DNA of 57,414 nt, taken from positions 1 through 57,414 of IMG/VR virus record IMGVR_UViG_3300037041_002697; one strand, 5' to 3'. Within the stretch, counting starts at the first letter, position 1. Every line of letters starts with the position of its first letter. Of this stretch, positions 46,357-55,050 are shown in pieces. This DNA is from a virus (taxonomy: Duplodnaviria; Caudoviricetes). A program made the translations under genes and the position numbers. Under the pieces are notes generated by a model. The model did not search any database, was not told where the DNA came from, and saw only the letters and a list, made by a program, of their open reading frames with translations.

Positions 46357-47403
46357 ATGGCAGAAATTGGAATTGATGTAATAAACGGTTTACCAAGAAC
46401 TACGGATGAGCAAGGGCATGAGATTTTTCAACTCTCCGTTCCTGGTGGCCAGCGAGTGTCATTTTATGATATTCGTGAAAGTCATTTGGACAAACCAATG
46501 ACAAATTTTGCGCTGCAATATAACCAGGAAATGGAATATATTGCCGATGGAATTTTCCCGAAGTTACCAGTGCAAAAAGAATCTGATAAATATTTTTACT
46601 TTGATGCACGAGACGTTACAAGCCTGCCAACTTCGGTGGTTCGTGGTGACACGGCAGAAACAGCTCAAATTTTCACAACGGCGTCAAACACTACGTACAC
46701 CTGCGAGGAGTTAGCCCTCGGTATGTTAATCTCGCAACGCCAGATTGATAATGCTGACACTCCACTTGATCCGATTGCGGATGCAGTGTATGTGTTGACT
46801 CAATTGCTCGGCCTGTATCGTGAAAAACGGCTGGCAACCCTGTTATTTTCCACCACGAATTTTTCTAGTTATTATTCTGCTCTTACCACGACTTCCCAGT
46901 GGTCAGATATGGAAAATAGTTCCCCGATGGGTAATCAGATCACAGCCAAACAATCAGTGCAAAAGGTTGCTTTACAGCGTCCGAATACGCTGATCGTTGG
47001 TGAAGAGGTCTGGGATAAAGTGAAACGTCACCCAGAACTGTTAGCTTACATTTCTCCTGGTGGTACGGTCAACGCGCCTTCCCTGATGTCAAAAGATGCA
47101 GCCGCGCAATGTTTTGAAGTCAATCGGCTGCTGGTCGGCGGATCAGTGTATAATTCCGCCAATAAAGGCCAAACCCTGTCTTCGGCATACGTCTGGGGAA
47201 AGTATGCGTTATTTGCTTACGTTTCGCCTCGCGTTGGACAGAAAATCATGACCCTGGGAATGCACTTTACCTATCAGAACTTTCAGGTTTCCCGATATTG
47301 GGTGCCTGCTCGAAAAAGTTGGTTCGTGGAAGTCTCGATCATTGATATTCCGAAATTAACGGCGGCAGGTGCAGGCTATCTGTTCAGCACGGTAGTGGCT
47401 TAA
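46357..47403 (+). CDS. Major capsid protein (lambda E-like)
   Basis: IADGIFP.LPVQKES.KY, RPNTLIVG...W..VK.HP, AGYLF..VV. Confidence 0.9.
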   Translation: MAEIGIDVINGLPRTTDEQGHEIFQLSVPGGQRVSFYDIRESHLDKPMTNFALQYNQEMEYIADGIFPKLPVQKESDKYFYFDARDVTSLPTSVVRGDTAETAQIFTTASNTTYTCEELALGMLISQRQIDNADTPLDPIADAVYVLTQLLGLYREKRLATLLFSTTNFSSYYSALTTTSQWSDMENSSPMGNQITAKQSVQKVALQRPNTLIVGEEVWDKVKRHPELLAYISPGGTVNAPSLMSKDAAAQCFEVNRLLVGGSVYNSANKGQTLSSAYVWGKYALFAYVSPRVGQKIMTLGMHFTYQNFQVSRYWVPARKSWFVEVSIIDIPKLTAAGAGYLFSTVVA

Positions 47404-47477
47404 TTGTGAATTTTGACTGTAATTTGTAACCTGTAATTCATAATTTACCTTAACTTTAACTTAAAGGAAAAATTCAC

Positions 47478-47999
47478 ATGCGAATGAAAAATGCTTTAAT
47501 TGTTTTATTAACCTTGCTTTTTGTGGGCGCCTTCCTGGTTTTGACAGGAGCGGATCACAAATATGCTGAATTATATTGGCCTCAGATAATTGGTGAAGCT
47601 TCGGGCACGCGGGTGGTTTATACCTGGCAGATTGACCCGACTACGGCTGCAACGGATCACTGGGTTTTGGGTGACACTACCACGGCGGGAGATTACTCGC
47701 CACCTGGTGCGTTGGAAATAACTCGAATGTGTATCCACTGGGATCCCGACTCAGGTGATTCGATTCGTGTTCTAATATTAGACGGCGGTGGAACCGGGGC
47801 CGGTGCAATTGTATGCGATTCTGATACTCTATGGGGAACAGCCTGGGAAATGAATGATATTACCACTGTTTCCAGTACTGCTAAAACCATAACGGCAACA
47901 GAAGGCATGGGTGTACAATTCATTCATATCAGAGGAACTCCCGGAATTGTAAACCTAACCATTGAAGGCAAAAAACGCAACTCAGATAATGCGGAGTAA
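47478..47999 (+). CDS. Signal-peptide-bearing protein directly after the capsid gene (putative decoration protein)
   Basis: MKNALIVLLTLLFVGAFLVLTGA; DTT, DSI and DTL motifs. Confidence 0.6.
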   Translation: MRMKNALIVLLTLLFVGAFLVLTGADHKYAELYWPQIIGEASGTRVVYTWQIDPTTAATDHWVLGDTTTAGDYSPPGALEITRMCIHWDPDSGDSIRVLILDGGGTGAGAIVCDSDTLWGTAWEMNDITTVSSTAKTITATEGMGVQFIHIRGTPGIVNLTIEGKKRNSDNAE

Positions 48000-48005
48000 T
48001 CTCCT

Positions 48006-48254
48006 ATGACAAAAATAAAATTACTCGGAAATTACATGGTAAAGCGGGTTGAACGATTTCATGATGAAATTGTGGAAATGGCTGATGACCAAGCGGAGTA
48101 TTTCGTAACTTGTGGCTATGCTGAATATGTGAAGGAAAATGCTCAAACAGTAATCCACGATGTAACGACTCAGCCAGTTCCGAAGGCCAGTGAACCAATA
48201 ATTTCCGAAACTGAAAAACCTAAACAAACCCGAAAATCAAAAGGTGCGAAATAA
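48006..48254 (+). CDS. Small head-region protein with basic tail
   Basis: Position; DEIVEM...AEYFV..GYAEYV pattern. Confidence 0.55.
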   Translation: MTKIKLLGNYMVKRVERFHDEIVEMADDQAEYFVTCGYAEYVKENAQTVIHDVTTQPVPKASEPIISETEKPKQTRKSKGAK

Positions 48255-48937
48255 TGCGGGCTTTTTGTACAACAGGCGATATTTCGGCAATTAACCAGCA
48301 GCGGGATTACTTAGCAACCTCGAAGCCTTCAATCAATCAGGTTGAGGGCTTCATATTAAATCGGGCGGCTGAAATTTCGCTGGCGGTTAGGATAGCTGGG
48401 TATAACTTAACGGATTTGTACTCAATTGATGATGTGGCGACAGGTGCGATTACAGCGGGAAGTACTGTATCAATAACCGTAACCAATGGGACTCAATTCG
48501 CAGGCGGTGATTCAATCCTGTTAGACGGCTTTAACTCGACCGGCGGCTATGAATTTGAAATTCAACCGATTCAAAGTATTGCCACAAATACGCTAGTATT
48601 TGCCACCATTGAAAACAGCTATGTGACAGGTGCGAACCTGACGGTATTAACTGAAAATATGAAGTTTCTCCGCCTGGTCAATCAATTAGGTGCCGGGGCC
48701 GACACTGAAATCGCTGCCTTTATGGGAGTTTCGCCAAATAAAAGCGAACACGGGCAAATTTTGCTGGATCAATATAACAGTTATTTAGCCTTTATTAAAT
48801 CGGAACCTGGAATTTTCGCAGCCATTGATGCTGACAAGAAAGTTATCAAACGGAGTACAATTTCATCTTATACCGAACAAAATTCCGATGATGAAATCCT
48901 GGACACTAAAATCAGTATTGCCAATGACAGGTGGTAA
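48254..48937 (+). CDS. Head-tail adaptor with inserted beta domain
   Basis: FCT..DI, P...QV..FI, GY; position. Confidence 0.65.
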   Translation: MRAFCTTGDISAINQQRDYLATSKPSINQVEGFILNRAAEISLAVRIAGYNLTDLYSIDDVATGAITAGSTVSITVTNGTQFAGGDSILLDGFNSTGGYEFEIQPIQSIATNTLVFATIENSYVTGANLTVLTENMKFLRLVNQLGAGADTEIAAFMGVSPNKSEHGQILLDQYNSYLAFIKSEPGIFAAIDADKKVIKRSTISSYTEQNSDDEILDTKISIANDRW

Positions 48938-49485
48938 AGGTGGTTTCATTTCACATTAAAAACATGGCTGAAAATATTCGTAAATTTAAGGCCTTGAAAA
49001 AGCTGACGAATGATCCTGACGTAAATAACAGAATCCTGGAAAAGCTAAAAATTTTAATCCCGCAACATGTTAAAAGGTTATTTGATACCGAAGGATCAAC
49101 AGGAAAAACAGGAAAATGGAAAGAATTATCAATCCCTTATGTAGTCTGGAAAGCCCGAAAATATCCCGGCAAAACAATTATGAAGCGTAAGTTATTCCTA
49201 TATAACGCTTTAATGGGTGGCAAGGGATCACAATGGAAAATTGATCGCACTTTTTTTGGAAAAACCCGCTTTCGATTTTTTATAAATTCTGAAAACTGGA
49301 AACAGCATCAGTGGGGAACGCATAAGTTACCACGCAGAAAAACATTTGACCCCACACAAAACGAATTGTTAGCCTTTATGAATACTTTTCGTATCGTTTA
49401 CATGCAGGAAATTCTCAAGTTAAAACTTTTCAAATCAGTTAATCTTAAACCGGGAACTTATTCCCGAATTGTAAAGGTCTGGTAA
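48931..49485 (+). CDS. Virion morphogenesis protein (Mu gpG/tail completion S-like)
   Basis: FDTEG....WKELS..Y..WK, HQWGT.KLPRR. Confidence 0.8.
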   Translation: MVKVVSFHIKNMAENIRKFKALKKLTNDPDVNNRILEKLKILIPQHVKRLFDTEGSTGKTGKWKELSIPYVVWKARKYPGKTIMKRKLFLYNALMGGKGSQWKIDRTFFGKTRFRFFINSENWKQHQWGTHKLPRRKTFDPTQNELLAFMNTFRIVYMQEILKLKLFKSVNLKPGTYSRIVKVW

Positions 49486-49487
49486 AT

Positions 49488-49973
49488 ATGGCAGATAATG
49501 TCGCAGTAAAACCGTCAACGGATAGTACAAAGGTTGACATAAAAACAGATGAAGTCTCCTTAGTTCACTGGCAGTGCAACAAACTAGCATTCGGGGCAGA
49601 TGGAGCGGCCAATCTGGTCGGAGCAACCCAACCTCTCCCGGTCGGAAATCCTTACAGTATTTCGGCAACAGCAGCACTGGTAGCAATTACCGCCAGTTCA
49701 CCAATCGAAAATATTGATGTAACGAGCTTTTCACATATTACAATTTTCTGGAATGTCACCGCCATTACAGGAACCTGGCAGATAATTTTAACGGCCTACG
49801 GTGAGGATGACGACACTCAGGAAGATTATTACTTGGGTGAGGGTGTACAAGCAACGGCAACCGGGCGTTATCTCTTAGTACTCCCCTTACACGGCGTACA
49901 GAAGGTAAAAATTTCGCACTATGAAGCAAGTTCCGGAACATTAAGTTCACAAACGACCTATATTCTTTGGTAA
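49488..49973 (+). CDS. Minor structural protein
   Basis: IKTDEV..VHWQ..KLAFG.DG...PLPV N-terminal motif seen in phage neck/tail proteins. Confidence 0.55.
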   Translation: MADNVAVKPSTDSTKVDIKTDEVSLVHWQCNKLAFGADGAANLVGATQPLPVGNPYSISATAALVAITASSPIENIDVTSFSHITIFWNVTAITGTWQIILTAYGEDDDTQEDYYLGEGVQATATGRYLLVLPLHGVQKVKISHYEASSGTLSSQTTYILW

Positions 49974-49982
49974 GGTGAAAAC

Positions 49983-50765
49983 ATGATTCTCGCAGTTGAA
50001 GAACGGGATGAACAAGGTATTTTAGGATTGGGTATAAATGTTGGGTTAACGCACTTTTATGACTTTAATGGGCATGCCCTGACACATATCAAATACGTGG
50101 CACACACAAATAATAATTATCGGAATGACTCCGGTCAATCCGCCTGTCAAGATTCTATGATGTATCAAGTTAACTGCATTTGTACGCTCGGAGGTGATGC
50201 AATTGACCTGACAATCTGGGATAAGAACAAATACTATCAAGGAACCACGATTAACACGTATGCGAAAATAAAGGAATATTCATTAACCTATAATTCCGAA
50301 AAACTCCGCCTGCTGGGGATTGACTTCTATGGAAATAGAATAATTGCATCAGGAATGGAATACCCTTCATATACGCGGGAAGGTCTATATTGGATTAATC
50401 TGGAAAAGGAAATCGTTCGTCCGATGGCCTGGGGCTGGGTTCCTGCCGGTATTCGCGTTATCGGAAATCAGGTTTTTTCAACCTGTCAGGATGACAATTA
50501 TTTGCGCTGTCATTCAATTTCGCATTGGTCTTCCCAGTGGTCGCAATGTTTTTCCCGAACTATTCCCAACGGTGGCACGACTGCCCATTTTCGGGGAATA
50601 ACGGATTACGGAAATTATTTCCTGGTTGGGAATGAAGAAAATCATACCGTTGATTTGATTTCAGTTGGAATGAGTGCGATAACTTGTGTCAAACAGTTTA
50701 GCGTATCGGCAAATATGCTGAATGCAAGTAACAAAATGCCCTACGGTCTCTGGAGGTGGGCATAA
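49983..50765 (+). CDS. Beta-propeller-like structural protein
   Basis: Repeated GI.. strand motifs; late operon. Confidence 0.4.
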   Translation: MILAVEERDEQGILGLGINVGLTHFYDFNGHALTHIKYVAHTNNNYRNDSGQSACQDSMMYQVNCICTLGGDAIDLTIWDKNKYYQGTTINTYAKIKEYSLTYNSEKLRLLGIDFYGNRIIASGMEYPSYTREGLYWINLEKEIVRPMAWGWVPAGIRVIGNQVFSTCQDDNYLRCHSISHWSSQWSQCFSRTIPNGGTTAHFRGITDYGNYFLVGNEENHTVDLISVGMSAITCVKQFSVSANMLNASNKMPYGLWRWA

Positions 50766-51280
50766 TGTTATTATTATTCATTAATACCGTTGCCAGTTCG
50801 TCAGGGGTGGGCTTTATTGAGCCAATTTTGGAAGGTATCAAGGAAATCTTACAACTTTATCTGCCAGCAAAATTAATAACTGTGGCTGCTGATTTTGATG
50901 ACCAGGTAACATTAATTGATCCAAAAACCTATTCATTAGTGAATAATTTCTTACGGAAGGATTTCCCTTCTATCGAAATTTATCCAATTGCAGCACCCGG
51001 CGAAGATTATACTTCCCGCGCGGTGGATTTAGATTATCTGATCAAAGTTCAAGTCTGGGTTGGCGGGCAGGATGAACTTGAATATCTGGCAAAATACTGT
51101 TATCGTTATCTCCGCGCGGTGGCCGAAGTCTTAAAGGCAACCGATACCCTTTACACGAAAGTCAACCTTTGCCAGTTCAACGGATTCGATTATTACGGCA
51201 TTGACATCAATGATAACGGCCTATATATGGCAGGTGGAGCCGTTATTTTAAATATAAAACATGTAGAAATTTTACAATAA
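50765..51280 (+). CDS. Tail terminator/completion protein
   Basis: FPSIEIYP; directly before the tube gene. Confidence 0.6.
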   Translation: MLLLFINTVASSSGVGFIEPILEGIKEILQLYLPAKLITVAADFDDQVTLIDPKTYSLVNNFLRKDFPSIEIYPIAAPGEDYTSRAVDLDYLIKVQVWVGGQDELEYLAKYCYRYLRAVAEVLKATDTLYTKVNLCQFNGFDYYGIDINDNGLYMAGGAVILNIKHVEILQ

Positions 51281-51305
51281 TTTTAATTAAACGAGGGAAA
51301 AAATT

Positions 51306-52421
51306 ATGGCAATTGACAATACAGGGGTATCGCAGAATGCCGAATTCGGCCTGATAAACGCCAGTACCTGGCATACAGCGGTAGCACTCTCAGGGGCTGC
51401 AATGGTGGATGTTGATGGTTTAACAGGTCTGGCACCACAAATTCAAATGATCCAGGATGTCAGTATCGGAAAACCGTTTCCAAAACATATCGATCAAGGC
51501 AATCGGGAAATTGAATTCGCAATATCCGGTCGCCTGCGGTATCGTTCAAATCTTTGGATTCCGATTTTTCAGTTAATTGGAACCGATATTGGCAGCGTGG
51601 CAACAGGCGTATACACGCATTACGCTGATATGGCAGATTTTGTTTCAGGGCGTTTTTTCACGGCGGCGGCGATCATCCGTTCTACGGCAGCCCAACTTTA
51701 CGAATGGCCAACGGTCAAAACATCAAAGGTTGAACTTTCCGCGAACGGAAATGACGGTTTCATGAAATTTAATATCACTGGCATCGCTGATGACGTGAAA
51801 ATTGGTGCTGACGGTACAAATGATTCGGATAACTTTCCCGGTGGTTCGCCAGGTTCAACATTTGTCGTTACCCAGGCAACAGGCACGCTTTTAGTTCCAT
51901 TTACGAAATATCGCATCAATATGAATGCAGCCAGCGGAGCAGATTGGAATAGTTCAGGTGATGGATCAGATCGGGTTTTTCCAACAGCCATTACAATCTC
52001 AATTGCCAGACCGTTAGTTCGTGATTTCCTGGCTGACCGTACCACCGCGAACGCTCAAGCCTTTTTAACGGCGGAGCCGCGTATCGATGGCATTCAATCC
52101 GATATTCTGGTAACCCTTGAATTCAGTGAAACGGAAGCTCGCACGGCATTTGAAGACTTTCAAGATGGCACGGCGAAAAAGATGGAAATATACTTTTACC
52201 ACAATGCCAGCAATACGATAAAATTACAGTTCCCGCGCCTGGTTCCCTTGCAGCCGACTTACAATATTGACAAAATCGGACGCATTCCTTCTACGCTGGT
52301 ATATCAGGCCATCGAAGCCGAAGCTGCACCTACTGGCATGACAGCAATTACATCTCCCCTCCGCCTGACGGTAGTCAATGGTGACTCGAAATGCTACCAC
52401 GATGGCAGCACAATTACTTAG
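51306..52421 (+). CDS. Tail tube protein
   Basis: Size, position, YTH and LQFPRL motifs; precedes the chaperone and tape measure. Confidence 0.75.
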   Translation: MAIDNTGVSQNAEFGLINASTWHTAVALSGAAMVDVDGLTGLAPQIQMIQDVSIGKPFPKHIDQGNREIEFAISGRLRYRSNLWIPIFQLIGTDIGSVATGVYTHYADMADFVSGRFFTAAAIIRSTAAQLYEWPTVKTSKVELSANGNDGFMKFNITGIADDVKIGADGTNDSDNFPGGSPGSTFVVTQATGTLLVPFTKYRINMNAASGADWNSSGDGSDRVFPTAITISIARPLVRDFLADRTTANAQAFLTAEPRIDGIQSDILVTLEFSETEARTAFEDFQDGTAKKMEIYFYHNASNTIKLQFPRLVPLQPTYNIDKIGRIPSTLVYQAIEAEAAPTGMTAITSPLRLTVVNGDSKCYHDGSTIT

Positions 52422-52481
52422 TATTTACTAATTTATTAATACATTCTTATTAAATCTTACAACATTAGAAGGGAAAATTCA

Positions 52482-52799
52482 ATGTTTAATATTAATACGC
52501 AAAAAGAATATACGGTCTGGGTGGATTACTCAGAGGATGAAAAATATTTAATTCGTTATGCACGCGGGCTGGATTCGGATCACATTTCGGAAGAAGTTTT
52601 CAAGAACGTTTTGGATTGGAAGGGCGTATTCGCCGGTGAAAAGGAAGTGAAATACCTGCCCGAATCGGTAGAACTTTTAATGACCAATGCTGATCCGATT
52701 GAACTGGCAAAACGGGTGATTTTCCTGGCACAAAAGATAACCGATGTTTCTATTTTCTTTAACGTTGGTGAATTAATAAAAAACTCCAAAAAGGGGTAA
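52482..52799 (+). CDS. Tail assembly chaperone G
   Basis: Between tube and tape measure; ends with a slippery site. Confidence 0.8.
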   Translation: MFNINTQKEYTVWVDYSEDEKYLIRYARGLDSDHISEEVFKNVLDWKGVFAGEKEVKYLPESVELLMTNADPIELAKRVIFLAQKITDVSIFFNVGELIKNSKKG

Positions 52800-52821
52800 G
52801 AGCACAGCTTTTTACCCCTTA
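52778..52821 (+). other. -1 programmed frameshift signal (A AAA AAC plus hairpin) giving the GT fusion to 53107
   Basis: In-frame heptamer at 52778-84; stem aaggggtaa/ttacccctt; -1 frame open into ORF 52874-53107. Confidence 0.85.
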
Positions 52822-53106
52822 TGTTTTCAGGGCTGAATATATTCAGGAAACTGGGGAATATCCTGACGCTGACTTGATATTACTCCCCCTGAATGAGCGA
52901 ATTTTTGAGGCTTACAGGCACTTGAATCGAGTGCAAAATACCGGTATGCAAATCTTCATCATTCAGGCATATTTTACCGGCTTTGACGAATTTCAGGCGC
53001 AGTATGTAAGTTTAGCTTACATTGAAATTGATAGTATTTTTCAAGAGTTTCTAAATCGGGAACGCGAACGGCAACAAACGCAGGAATTTATTGAAAGTAG
53101 ACGATA

Positions 53107-55050
53107 ATGGCATTAGTATTTGAAATTATTTCAGACACTAAACTCGGTAAAAGTCTGGATGAAATTTCCGAAAAGATAAAAAAAGCTGGCGGTGAAGGTG
53201 AAAAGGCCGGCTCAAAAATGAAGATGGCTTTTGCTGCGGTCAATGCTATAATTGCAACCGGTATTATAACTGGTGTAATTATGCTCACGAAACGTATGGT
53301 CGATCTCGCTTCCAGTGCTGAGGAAACAAAAAATAAATTCGATGTCGTTTTTAAGGGCGTATCAAACGCCACACTTTCGGTAAATAAACTTTCTCAATCG
53401 ACTGGCTATGCGAAATCCACCATCCATCAAATGATGGGTAGTTTAGGCGACTTGATTAAACCGGCTGGATTCGCGGCTGACAAAGCCTTTGAACTTTCGG
53501 ACGGAATTGTCAAGCTGGCAATGGACATTGGTTCCTTTTCAAACGTAGCTCCGCAGAAGGTGATTGAAGACTTTCAATCGGCGATTGCAGGTAGTTCCGA
53601 AACCATGACCAAGTATGGTATTGACGTCAAGGAAGGTTCCCTTGCTCAAGAAGCTTTTAACATGGGTTTAATCAAATCGGCAAAGGAATATTCGCGACTC
53701 AATCCCGAACAATTACGGAATGTTCGCCTGCAGGCGTTGATTTCAAAAAGTTATAAAGACTCAAAGGATGCCATTGGCGACTTAGGCCGAACACAAGGTT
53801 CATACGCGAATCAAATGCGACAATTTGACGAGGGAATGAAAACCTTAATGGAATCGCTTGGTCAATCGGTACTACCTTTTGCCACGCGTATGGTTAAGGA
53901 ATTGAACGAATTGGTAACTTTTGCTCAAACCATTCTGGCAAAAATTAAAGGCGAAAAGTCAGGCAAAGAACAGGAACAGGCTTTAATTCAGCAGCATAAA
54001 GCGGTGCAATTCCTAAATAAAGAGATTGAGTACACGTTAAAGCTTGAAAAACAATTAGCAGCCGAAAAGAAGGCCGGTAAAACCGAAGACGCTAAAGCGA
54101 CTTTTATGATTTTGCACGGCCAGCGGGAAGGTCTAAAGTATAACCTTTCCCAAAACGAAAAGATCGTGCAAGTTTTAAAGGAACGTTTCGGAATCGAAAA
54201 TGCAGCGCAAATGCAAACCGAAACCCTGAAAAATTTGCTTTCCGAAGGTGTCATTACCCTGGAAAAAGAACTTGGCATTCATGTGGAAAAGCAGAAAGTT
54301 ACTAAAACGACTACCGATTCAGTAAAAGCCACCAATGATGCTATTAAAGAAATAGTTGACACCAGTCTGCCGAAATGGCTGGAAATTTCCGTATTACAGC
54401 GGGATGTAAATATCGCATTGGCTAACGAATATGAACGCCTGTTAACAAATCAGCAAAAACGTGAAGAATCGGCTCAGGCATTATTAACAACGGAAAAGGA
54501 ACTCCCGGAACATGCTGACGATCTGAATATAGCTTTCACCAAATCGCAGCAAAAAACGAACGACATTCGCAAAAATGTTGCTACCGGCCTGGCGAACGGC
54601 CTGCAAAATGTAATCTGGCAGGCAGGAACCCTGGAGAATAAATTCAAAAGCATTGCTATGAGTGTGGCTGAAATGGCCACGAAAATGCTAATCATGTCTG
54701 GTGTAAAAGCGGCTTTCAATATGATTGGTCTGCCCTTCCTGCAAGAAGGTGGTCTGGTTCCTGGATATGCCGGCGGGGGTACAATTACGCATGGCATTCC
54801 CTTCCGTACGCAAGGCACGCGTGATAACGTCATTGTTCATGCCGAGCAAGGGGAATTTATCGAGCCTCGCAGAGCAGTGAACTCAATTACTTTACCGATT
54901 TTGGAAGCAATCAGGCAGGGAAAGACTCCCCAAAATTCAGGCGGTGGAAATATCAATATCAATATCAATACCAGCAACTTAGATTCAGTAATGATAACAC
55001 AATTAAACAATCGTTTACGCGATATTCAAAAATTTAGGACTTTGTCATGA
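53107..55050 (+). CDS. Tape measure protein
   Basis: ETKNKFDVVF, LAMDIGSFSN, SAIAG.SE, GDLGRT..SYANQ; helical. Confidence 0.9.
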   Translation: MALVFEIISDTKLGKSLDEISEKIKKAGGEGEKAGSKMKMAFAAVNAIIATGIITGVIMLTKRMVDLASSAEETKNKFDVVFKGVSNATLSVNKLSQSTGYAKSTIHQMMGSLGDLIKPAGFAADKAFELSDGIVKLAMDIGSFSNVAPQKVIEDFQSAIAGSSETMTKYGIDVKEGSLAQEAFNMGLIKSAKEYSRLNPEQLRNVRLQALISKSYKDSKDAIGDLGRTQGSYANQMRQFDEGMKTLMESLGQSVLPFATRMVKELNELVTFAQTILAKIKGEKSGKEQEQALIQQHKAVQFLNKEIEYTLKLEKQLAAEKKAGKTEDAKATFMILHGQREGLKYNLSQNEKIVQVLKERFGIENAAQMQTETLKNLLSEGVITLEKELGIHVEKQKVTKTTTDSVKATNDAIKEIVDTSLPKWLEISVLQRDVNIALANEYERLLTNQQKREESAQALLTTEKELPEHADDLNIAFTKSQQKTNDIRKNVATGLANGLQNVIWQAGTLENKFKSIAMSVAEMATKMLIMSGVKAAFNMIGLPFLQEGGLVPGYAGGGTITHGIPFRTQGTRDNVIVHAEQGEFIEPRRAVNSITLPILEAIRQGKTPQNSGGGNINININTSNLDSVMITQLNNRLRDIQKFRTLS

